Positions 56,242 through 64,000 of a DNA stretch of 64,000 bases are shown here, piece by piece; the first letter of the stretch is position 1, and each line of letters starts with the position of its first letter. The notes under the pieces were generated by a model, which was not told the origin of the DNA, made no database searches, and saw only the letters and a program-made list of their open reading frames with translations. The stretch comes from Cytophagales bacterium (GTDB taxonomy: Bacteria; Bacteroidota; Bacteroidia; Cytophagales; Spirosomataceae), in assembly GCA_013298215.1 (NCBI GenBank), contig JAAFKE010000004.1:54014-118013 (forward strand), given 5' to 3'. A program made the translations under genes and the position numbers.

Positions 56242-59151
56242 ATGACCTTTCTTAGCCAAGCCGCCCAACGCGTTTTCGATTGCCACGGCACCCATTTAGA
56301 AAAAGTTTGGGTGGTGTTGCCCACCCGCCGCGCCGTTTATTTTTTCAAGCGCGAGCTGGCCGCGTGCTCGCCCAAACCGATGCTTTCGCCAGTTGTGATG
56401 GCCATCGACGATTTTGTGGCCGACCGTTGCGGGGTACAAATCATCGATCAGGTAGAACTGCTGTTTGAGCTCTACGAAGCCTTCAAAGAAATAGATCCGA
56501 GCATTGCCTTCGAGAAATTTCTGAACTGGGCCACCCCACTGCTCAAAGATTTTGATGCCATCGACCAGTACGACGTGGCAGCGAAGAGTTTGTTCAATTA
56601 TATTTCGGAGGCCAAAGCCATAGAACGCTGGCAAATGCAACTGCCCACTGGCCGCGAACTCCAGACTACCGACGCCACAAAACAATATTTCAATTTGTTT
56701 GATAACATTTATTTGGTCTATCAAAATTTACAAAAACGGCTCACAGCCCGCAAAAAAGCCTACCGGGGCATGGCCTACCGCTACCTGGCCGCCAACGCCG
56801 AATCTTTTTTGTTGGACAAAACCGATTTTGAAAAAATTTACTTTGTGGGTTTCAATGCCCTCAGTACCAGCGAGGAGCGATTCATAAAAACCCTTCTTAA
56901 AGCCCAACGCGCCGAACTGATCTGGGACACCGACGCGTATTACATGGATCTGAACCCGCGCGTGGAGGGCGGCAAGCTCCTGCGAAAATACCGCCAAGAA
57001 GGCTGGGCCGGGCCCTGGAATTATACGGGAAAAGACCTCGCCGAAGGCCACAAAAAAATTACGCTCATTGGCGTAGCAAACGCCAGTATGCAACCAAAAG
57101 TAGCGGGCGATGTGTACCTTAATTGGCTCAGTACCAAAGGCCACAACCCCGTGACGGCCATTGTGTTGGCCGACGAAACGATGCTGCTGCCAACGCTCTA
57201 CGCCATCGACGAGCAGGTGAAAGATTTGAACATTACGATGGGACTGTCGCTCAAAAATTCGGTTTTGTTTACCCTCATCGACAGTTTATTTGAACTCCAA
57301 AGAACCATTGCGGAGTTTAGGCGCAAGGACGGCACGGCGGTAAAAATCCCGAAGTTCAACCACCGAACCATCACCAAAGTACTCAACCACCCGTTCATAA
57401 GACGCTACGAGCTACTGGCCTTGCAACGCCCCGACCCCACCGAGCCGACGGTGATTCAGAAAACCCTGCGGCACATTCAGCAAAACAATTTGGTGTATCT
57501 TGACGAAAAGCAATTGTTGGAATTGGGCGAGGATCAACCGTTGTTTCAAAATATTTTTTGCCGCTGGCCCGACGACCCACGGCAGGTTATCGGGCGGCTT
57601 TACGCCCTCATCGATCTGCTCCGAATTGTGTATGCGGCCAGCAAAGATGCCATCGAAACCGAGTACCTGTACCTGTTCTACACGCTCCTCAAACAATTAG
57701 AAACCTCCTTGGATGCCTACACCGAAAAACTGAGTGTGAGGCACTTAAAGCAATTTTTGTACGAACTGATCCGCCAAACCAAAATACCGTTTAGCGGCGA
57801 ACCCGTGAGCCAGTTGCAGGTAATGGGAATGTTGGAAACCCGAACGCTGGACTTTGAGCGGGTTATTCTGATGTCGATGAACGAGGGTATTTTGCCCAGC
57901 ACCAAACGCCAAAATTCGCTCGTACCGTTTGATGCCGCCCGCGAACACAATTTGCCAACTTACACCGATGCCGACGCGGTGATGTCGTACCATTTTTATC
58001 GACTGCTCCAGCGCGCCAAAGAGGTCGTGATGATTTACGTGAGTGCCAAAGATGCCTACAACGGCGGCGAAAAAAGCCGTTTTTTGATGCAAATAGAACA
58101 CGAGCTGGCCCGAATTAACCCCAACATTGACCTGCAAAAAAAGACAGTCGAATTTGAGGATACATACGCTACGAAATCGGATACGAGCCAACTAACCGTT
58201 CAAAAAAGTGATGAAACGCTGGCTTTTATCAAACACCAACTGACCGAGCGCGGCCTGTACCCAACCCACCTCAACGAAATGATAACTTGCTCGTTGCAGT
58301 ATTATTTTAAGCGCGTGGCGGGCATCGACGAGCGGCAGGAAGTGGAAGAAGAAATGGGCGTTGGCGACCTGGGCACGTGGGTTCACCGCGTTTTGGAACG
58401 CTTGGACCAGGCGTATTTTATGCAAAACCTAAAACCAGCCGAAGCGGAAATTAAAGCTGTTTTGAAAGAAGAATTTGAGGCCGTTTTCAACAGCTACGTG
58501 GCCGATGAGGGCGTGAACAGGCTGGTGTATCAAGGCTACGAAAAGCAGGTTTTAGACTTTTTGAAGTTCCAAGACGAGGCAACGAAAAACACCGATTTTG
58601 CGGTGCTTTCTACCGAACAGAAGCTCAGTACGGTGCTGGAAGTGGCAGTAAACGGAGAAACACTTTTGGTGAAAATTGCGGGAAAAATAGACCGAATCGA
58701 ACTCCAAAATAACGTTATTCGGGTGGTAGATTACAAAACTGGAAATATTAAAAGCGACATTGCCAGTAAAAAAGCGGACACACTGGTAGATAAACTTACC
58801 ACAGAAAACGACTCGGTATTTGACAAAATACGGCAGCTTTGGATTTATAAATACCTCATTTACAAGAAGTTACTCGCCGAAGACACCATGCGTCTGGGAA
58901 ACAAAGAACTGTCACTTTCGGCACATGACGTTACCTCGGGGTTCTATTCGCTCAAAAACATAAAGGGTGGTTTTATACAAAACCCAGTAAAGTTTGCGGA
59001 CAATGAAACGCCCGCGCATTTTGTGGCCGAAACCGAACTGCGCTTGCAACATTTTCTGGTTGGATTACTGGACAAAAACGTACCCTTTGAAAAAACAGAA
59101 AACGTAGAGGTCTGTAAATATTGCGACTACCACCGCATTTGCGGGCGCTGA
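56242..59151 (+). CDS. AddB-like PD-(D/E)XK nuclease family protein
   Basis: C-terminal nuclease motif GKIDRIE...VRVVDYKTG and terminal Cys residues CKYCDYHRIC. The N-terminus is an inactivated helicase-like region lacking a clear Walker A. Confidence 0.7.
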   Translation: MTFLSQAAQRVFDCHGTHLEKVWVVLPTRRAVYFFKRELAACSPKPMLSPVVMAIDDFVADRCGVQIIDQVELLFELYEAFKEIDPSIAFEKFLNWATPLLKDFDAIDQYDVAAKSLFNYISEAKAIERWQMQLPTGRELQTTDATKQYFNLFDNIYLVYQNLQKRLTARKKAYRGMAYRYLAANAESFLLDKTDFEKIYFVGFNALSTSEERFIKTLLKAQRAELIWDTDAYYMDLNPRVEGGKLLRKYRQEGWAGPWNYTGKDLAEGHKKITLIGVANASMQPKVAGDVYLNWLSTKGHNPVTAIVLADETMLLPTLYAIDEQVKDLNITMGLSLKNSVLFTLIDSLFELQRTIAEFRRKDGTAVKIPKFNHRTITKVLNHPFIRRYELLALQRPDPTEPTVIQKTLRHIQQNNLVYLDEKQLLELGEDQPLFQNIFCRWPDDPRQVIGRLYALIDLLRIVYAASKDAIETEYLYLFYTLLKQLETSLDAYTEKLSVRHLKQFLYELIRQTKIPFSGEPVSQLQVMGMLETRTLDFERVILMSMNEGILPSTKRQNSLVPFDAAREHNLPTYTDADAVMSYHFYRLLQRAKEVVMIYVSAKDAYNGGEKSRFLMQIEHELARINPNIDLQKKTVEFEDTYATKSDTSQLTVQKSDETLAFIKHQLTERGLYPTHLNEMITCSLQYYFKRVAGIDERQEVEEEMGVGDLGTWVHRVLERLDQAYFMQNLKPAEAEIKAVLKEEFEAVFNSYVADEGVNRLVYQGYEKQVLDFLKFQDEATKNTDFAVLSTEQKLSTVLEVAVNGETLLVKIAGKIDRIELQNNVIRVVDYKTGNIKSDIASKKADTLVDKLTTENDSVFDKIRQLWIYKYLIYKKLLAEDTMRLGNKELSLSAHDVTSGFYSLKNIKGGFIQNPVKFADNETPAHFVAETELRLQHFLVGLLDKNVPFEKTENVEVCKYCDYHRICGR

Positions 59152-59163
59152 TAGCCGCAACTT

Positions 59164-60573
59164 TTAAAGGATGTACTGGCTTAAATCCCGATTTTTGACC
59201 AAGCTCAACAATTTTTCTTGCACCAGCCCTTGGGTAACAACGATCTTGGAATTTGGCAAAATTTTGTCTGGAATATCAAACATAAATTCGTTGAGAAGTG
59301 TGCTCATGACGGTTTGCAGGCGGCGCGCACCAATGTTTTCGACGGAGGCGTTGATCTCAAAGGCTATTTTGGCGAGTTCGCTTAGGGAGGCATCCTCGAA
59401 GGTTAGTTCTACGCCTTCGGCGGCCAAAAGTGCCTCATACTGCCGCGTAAGTGCGTTTTTTGGTTCTTTCAAGATGTGGTAAAAATCGCTCTCGGTCAAA
59501 CTTTGCAACTCGACCCTGATCGGAAAACGCCCCTGCAACTCGGGAATCAAGTCGGAGGGCTTCGACACGTGAAACGCCCCCGCCGCCACAAACAAAATAT
59601 GGTCAGTTTTGATGCTGCCGTACTTGGTGTTCACGGTGCTGCCCTCCACAATGGGGAGCAGGTCGCGCTGCACGCCCTCGCGCGACACGTCTGGGCCACC
59701 GCCCTTGCCGCCAGCGTTCGCTATTTTGTCGATCTCATCAATAAATATAATACCCACGTCCTCGGCCTTCCGAATGGCTTCTTCTTTCACTTCGTCCATA
59801 TCAATGAGCTTCGTGGTTTCTTCTTCGAGCAGATACTTTCGGGCTTCGGCCACCGTAACGCGGCGTTTTTTGGCTTTTTTGGGCATCATCCCGCCAATCA
59901 TTTCCTGGATATTCATCATCGACAGGTCGTCGATGGCACCGCCCATCACCCCAACGTTGGGAGCCTGCGATTGCTGAACGTCGATGTCGATTTTACGGCT
60001 GTCCAACTCGCCAGCGCGTAGTTTAACTCTAAATTGTGAGCGCGTTTTTTCGTTTAAAATATGGTCTTGGGTTGGTGTTTCGTCGGTATGGTCTGGGTTT
60101 GAGCCGTTTTGGTTCGCCACCAGCAAGCCCGCACCTTTGTCTTGCATCGGCGGAATGAGGATGTCCATAATAATGTCTTCGACTACCTCCGTGGCACGTG
60201 CACGAACCGTTTCTTTTTTGGCTATTTTTACCATATTAACTGCCTGTTCCACAAGATCGCGCACCATGCTTTCTACGTCGCGGCCCACGTAGCCAACCTC
60301 CGTAAACTTAGAAGCCTCCACCTTTACGAAAGGGGCGTTGGCAATCATGGCCAGCCGACGGGCTATTTCAGTTTTGCCCACACCAGTTGCCCCAATCATC
60401 AAAATATTGTTGGGAACAATCTCGCGGCGCATGGCTTCATCGCTGTTCATTCGTCGCCAGCGGTTTCGCAGGGCAATGGCCACGTTGCGCTTGGCATCAA
60501 ACTGGCCAATGATGTATTTATCTAATTCGGCCACAATTTGTTTGGGCGTGAGATTTTCTAAGGGAGTTGTCAT
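59164..60573 (-). CDS. hslU: ATP-dependent protease ATPase subunit HslU
   Basis: PKQIVAELDKYIIGQ, Walker A GATGVGKTEIARRLA, Walker B GIIFIDEIDKI, plus the I-domain insertion. Confidence 0.95.
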   Translation of the reverse strand: MTTPLENLTPKQIVAELDKYIIGQFDAKRNVAIALRNRWRRMNSDEAMRREIVPNNILMIGATGVGKTEIARRLAMIANAPFVKVEASKFTEVGYVGRDVESMVRDLVEQAVNMVKIAKKETVRARATEVVEDIIMDILIPPMQDKGAGLLVANQNGSNPDHTDETPTQDHILNEKTRSQFRVKLRAGELDSRKIDIDVQQSQAPNVGVMGGAIDDLSMMNIQEMIGGMMPKKAKKRRVTVAEARKYLLEEETTKLIDMDEVKEEAIRKAEDVGIIFIDEIDKIANAGGKGGGPDVSREGVQRDLLPIVEGSTVNTKYGSIKTDHILFVAAGAFHVSKPSDLIPELQGRFPIRVELQSLTESDFYHILKEPKNALTRQYEALLAAEGVELTFEDASLSELAKIAFEINASVENIGARRLQTVMSTLLNEFMFDIPDKILPNSKIVVTQGLVQEKLLSLVKNRDLSQYIL

Positions 60574-60622
60574 CTATTGTCTAAAAATTTGGTGGTTTTA
60601 CTATCTTGTTAATCAAATTTAA

Positions 60623-61639
60623 CTACTTTTTGTTCAAATTGAACCCAAACGAAACCGAGTTTGCCCCGCCCGATTGGTGGTACTGGCCACGTGCGTAGGT
60701 AAAACTGTATTTGGAGGTCATTAAAGCAATGCCAAACGACAACCCCGCCGTTCCTCCAACGTTTTGCACCAGCAGTTCCTGCCTCCGCAAGTGGTTGTAT
60801 CCCAGTAAGATATTCATATTTTTGTGGATGAGCAATTCGGCACTTAGCACCAAGTGACGCGCTATTTTTTCGGTCAAGTCCACCGTGCGGGGCGTGCGCT
60901 GGCCGTTGGAATTGAAAGAAAAATAAACGGAAGGATTGTTATATACAATGTCAAAACGGTGCAGGTTGTGCGCCGTCATCGAAAGTCGGACTGGCATGTA
61001 CTTCGGTTTCAGGGTGACTCCGAGTTGCAAATCAAAGGGCATATCGGCCGTACCAAACGAGGTGTAGTCTTTGAGCAACCAGCCCACATTTTTGGCCAAA
61101 AATCCAATTTGAAACACTTTGCTGGGATGCCTCCACACAGCGCCCAGATCGGCCAGCAGCCCAAAGGCGCGGTACGATTCGATGCCCGAAGTAGCCAATT
61201 TTATGGAAGACCCGAGGGTAAAATTGCCCTGAGACCTGGCGTGGGCAAGCGTAAAAGCAAAATCGCTGGCCGAAAAACGCCCCGTTTCGTTGCCCAGATC
61301 GTCGCGACCCACCAAATCTCCGTAGTTCAAATACTGAAACCCCGCGCTCCAAAAACCTGGCGTTTTTAGTTTGGGTGCGAAGGCAAGTGTTAGGTAGTTT
61401 GTACCCGCCAAAAAAGGGGTGGCCGTTATGCTCAACTGGTTCACGAACGACGAGTCGGCCAGGGCGGGATTGTTGAACATAAAAGCCACGCCGCCTCTGG
61501 CCCTCGACACGTTGAGGCCGCCCTGAGCCACCGTGGGGGCGTTAGCGGGCAGGTTTAAAAAATTAAAGTATTGGTTCCCAGCGTTTTGGGAGAACGCATT
61601 TACGCCAAACAAAAAAAGCGGAATCAATATTTTTTTCAT
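60623..61639 (-). CDS. outer-membrane beta-barrel protein, probable T9SS PorQ-like
   Basis: I use the ATG at 61639 (MKKILIPLFLFGVNAFSQ). The N-terminal YFNFLNLPANAPTVAQGG resembles the PorQ family signature as I recall it. ATGA overlap with the DUF456 stop. Confidence 0.5.
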   Translation of the reverse strand: MKKILIPLFLFGVNAFSQNAGNQYFNFLNLPANAPTVAQGGLNVSRARGGVAFMFNNPALADSSFVNQLSITATPFLAGTNYLTLAFAPKLKTPGFWSAGFQYLNYGDLVGRDDLGNETGRFSASDFAFTLAHARSQGNFTLGSSIKLATSGIESYRAFGLLADLGAVWRHPSKVFQIGFLAKNVGWLLKDYTSFGTADMPFDLQLGVTLKPKYMPVRLSMTAHNLHRFDIVYNNPSVYFSFNSNGQRTPRTVDLTEKIARHLVLSAELLIHKNMNILLGYNHLRRQELLVQNVGGTAGLSFGIALMTSKYSFTYARGQYHQSGGANSVSFGFNLNKK

Positions 61640-62115
61640 GCACCCCAAAACGAAGCTATCGAAAAACCAATCATTACCAGGCACAAAACCACCTTTACGA
61701 AAATGCCCGTTGCCAAACCAATAAACGAACCAATGGCCGCTTTTAAGGCCGTCATAGAATCAGCACCACCGATGAGTTCGCCGATTAATGCGCCCAAAAA
61801 TGCCCCCAGAAACAAGCCCACGGCGGGAATCACAAAAAAACCAACCACCGATCCAATCGTAGAACCCCAAACACCAGCACTGGTGCCGCCAAATTTTTTG
61901 GTACCCCAAATGGGCGCGTAATAATCGAACAAAAAGATGAGGGCAGTGGCCACCCCGCAGACCAGCAAAACGGTCTGGCTAAACTGAGCGTACTTAGAAT
62001 AATGCAAAAGCAGCATTCCAGCATAACTGAGCGGTGGGCCAGGAATTGGCAAAAACGCCCCCGCCAAACCGCCCAAAAGGGCCGCAAAGCCCAGAATTAA
62101 AAGCAATATATCCAC
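61636..62115 (-). CDS. DUF456 family membrane protein
   Basis: MDILLLILGFAALLGGLAGAFLPIPGPPLSYAGMLLLH is a typical DUF456 N-terminus; four TM helices. Confidence 0.7.
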   Translation of the reverse strand: MDILLLILGFAALLGGLAGAFLPIPGPPLSYAGMLLLHYSKYAQFSQTVLLVCGVATALIFLFDYYAPIWGTKKFGGTSAGVWGSTIGSVVGFFVIPAVGLFLGAFLGALIGELIGGADSMTALKAAIGSFIGLATGIFVKVVLCLVMIGFSIASFWGA

Positions 62116-62210
62116 AGTTTATCGGTTTGAATTATGATTAATGCGTTTGGATTTCGATTTTTGCACCAAATTATTCACTGATTACATCAATCACTAATTC
62201 TAATCGTAAA

Positions 62211-63422
62211 ATGTCAAAAGTTCTCATTATTGGAGCGGGCGGCGTGGGGGGCGTAGTGGCGCACAAATGCGCCATGAACGCCCACGTTTTCACCGAAATT
62301 ATGCTGGCGAGCCGCACAAAATCTAAGTGCGACAAAATAGCCGCCGACGTGCTGGCAATGCACGGTGTGAGTATAAAAACCGCCGCCGTAGATGCCGATA
62401 GTGTAGCCGAGATGGTGAAACTCATCAAGTCGTTCCAGCCCAAATTGGTTATAAACGTGGCACTCCCCTACCAAGATTTACCGATCATGGATGCTTGCTT
62501 AGAAACCAAAACCAACTACATGGACACCGCCAATTATGAGCCAAAAGATGTAGCTAAGTTTGAGTACAGTTGGCAGTGGGCTTACCAAAAACGTTTCGAA
62601 GACGCGGGCATTATGGCACTGTTGGGGTCTGGTTTTGACCCCGGCGTGACGCAGGTTTTTACGGCCTACGCCAACAAACACCACTTCGACGAAATGCACT
62701 ATTTGGACATTATCGATTGCAATGGAGGAGACCACGGGAAGGCTTTCGCAACCAATTTTAACCCCGAAATAAATATCAGGGAAATTACGCAACCAGGGCG
62801 TTATTGGGAAAACGGTCAGTGGATCGAGATACCCGCGCTGTCAGTTCATAAACCGATTGACTACCCCAACATTGGGGTCAAAGAAAGTTACGTGCTTTAC
62901 CACGAAGAACTCGAATCGATTGTGAAACACTTTCCTACCCTCAAACGCGCACGCTTCTGGATGACATTCGGGCAGGCGTACATTACGCACCTAAACGTGT
63001 TAGAAAACGTGGGCATGACCAGCATTAAGCCAATCAGTTTTCAGGGAATGCAGGTTGTGCCGTTGGAGTTTTTGAAGGCCGTGCTGCCCGCCCCCGAGTC
63101 GCTGGGCGAAAACTACCACGGCCAAACGTCGATCGGTTGCCAGATTAAGGGAATAAAAGATGGGGCCGACAAAACGTATTACGTCTGGAACAACAGCGAC
63201 CACGCCGAGTGCTGGAAAGAAGTAAAAGCCCAGGCAGTGAGCTACACCACGGGAGTACCCGCCATGATCGGGGCCATGCTCATGCTCACTGACGCGGACT
63301 GGCAAAAGCCAGGCGTTTGGAACTGCGAGCAACTAAACCCCGACCCCTACATGGCGCTGCTCAACCAACACGGCCTGCCCTGGAACGAACAAATAAACGG
63401 GGTGCTGCCCCACGAGTATTGA
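62211..63422 (+). CDS. saccharopine dehydrogenase family protein, probable carboxy(nor)spermidine dehydrogenase
   Basis: N-terminal KVLIIGAGGVGGVVAHKCA Rossmann fold. The size (403 aa) and layout match CANSDH-type enzymes. Confidence 0.7.
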   Translation: MSKVLIIGAGGVGGVVAHKCAMNAHVFTEIMLASRTKSKCDKIAADVLAMHGVSIKTAAVDADSVAEMVKLIKSFQPKLVINVALPYQDLPIMDACLETKTNYMDTANYEPKDVAKFEYSWQWAYQKRFEDAGIMALLGSGFDPGVTQVFTAYANKHHFDEMHYLDIIDCNGGDHGKAFATNFNPEINIREITQPGRYWENGQWIEIPALSVHKPIDYPNIGVKESYVLYHEELESIVKHFPTLKRARFWMTFGQAYITHLNVLENVGMTSIKPISFQGMQVVPLEFLKAVLPAPESLGENYHGQTSIGCQIKGIKDGADKTYYVWNNSDHAECWKEVKAQAVSYTTGVPAMIGAMLMLTDADWQKPGVWNCEQLNPDPYMALLNQHGLPWNEQINGVLPHEY

Positions 63423-63451
63423 TCGAAGTCTGCGTAAAATCTGGCTATAAA

Positions 63452-63480
63452 AAAGCTACCCAAGAAACTTGGGTAGCTTT
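63452..63480 (+). terminator. hairpin terminator
   Basis: 11-bp stem AAAGCTACCCA / TGGGTAGCTTT with a 7-nt loop, 30 nt after the stop. Confidence 0.65.
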
Positions 63481-63679
63481 CCAATTATATCCACACCATT
63501 TAAACAGCCCGTTTGTTGGCAAGCAACAAATCAAGACTGTGTATCTTTGATATTGCATTTATCCTGCAAAACAGTGCAATATACTTACTTTTGTTTGTTT
63601 AGATCAAAAAAACAAAATAGTTGGTGCATTCCAAAACCTTTCTGTGCGTGCCCCTTTTGCATAAACCCCAAATATCCCC

Positions 63680-64000
63680 TTGAACACCCCTGCTGCAAAC
63701 AATCCTGTTGCCATCGAACAAATTAGTTATTTGGCCACTTACCAACTGAGGCACGAGGTGCTTTGGCCAGGCCAACCGATCGATTTTGTAAAGATTGAGT
63801 CTGATTCTGACGGCTACCACTACGGGGCGTTCTTCAACGGGCGACTGGCCTCGGTAATCTCGCTGTTTGTAAACGGCCATGAGGCGCGTTTTAGGAAGTT
63901 TGCCACCCAAAAAGACCTCCAAAATAAGGGCATAGGTACGCTACTTTTGCGCCACACCCTGGCCGAAGCCGCGCGAATTGGGGCAAGCTACATTTGGTGC
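63680..64000 (+). CDS. GNAT family N-acetyltransferase (3'-truncated by the window end)
   Basis: The frame is open from 63665 to the window end. Acetyl-CoA motif region FRKFATQKDLQNKGIGTLLLRHTLAEAARIGA. The proposed TTG start at 63680 is uncertain. Confidence 0.6.
   Translation, partial: MNTPAANNPVAIEQISYLATYQLRHEVLWPGQPIDFVKIESDSDGYHYGAFFNGRLASVISLFVNGHEARFRKFATQKDLQNKGIGTLLLRHTLAEAARIGASYIWC

Overview
This 64-kb window looks like core chromosome of a Bacteroidota organism, probably Cytophagia-like. That taxonomic call is an inference from four things: a GLPGLI-family gene, a T9SS PorQ-like gene, a TSP3-repeat OmpA, and TTG-N19/21-TAnnTTTG promoter boxes. It is densely packed with housekeeping genes. 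These include hisC, glmM, arfB, purE, an initiator tRNA-Met, an RsmF-like gene, serS, pnuC, dsbD, an argD-like gene and an ABC-F gene. Further along are glmS, gltBD, mgtE, rsmA, recO, an MltD-like gene, pgk, an amidase gene, lpxK, an AddB-like nuclease gene, hslU and a carboxynorspermidine-dehydrogenase-like gene. Many junctions are 1-4 nt overlaps, which suggests translational coupling. I see no rRNA, CRISPR array, integrase, transposase or recognisable complete defence system, and I cannot honestly claim a clear new multi-gene system. The observations most worth follow-up are: (1) an 82-nt GC-rich palindromic element sitting in-frame inside a large B12-type radical-SAM gene; (2) an 80-nt element present twice, each copy abutting a stop codon, whose only two differences are a compensatory pair in a 6-bp stem, and one copy is interrupted by a 112-nt MITE-like insert; (3) a 280-bp intergenic cluster of palindromic repeats that can form mutually exclusive hairpins; (4) a PspC / 58-aa peptide / LiaF-like triad in which every protein carries the same two-helix membrane module, and the 58-aa ORF is missing from the track; (5) several enzymes with degenerate catalytic motifs: the second ATP site of the ABC-F protein, the Walker motifs of a ChlI-like AAA+ protein, and a TrpF-like protein lacking the catalytic Cys. 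Several track ORFs carry spurious N-terminal extensions, and I have trimmed those starts.
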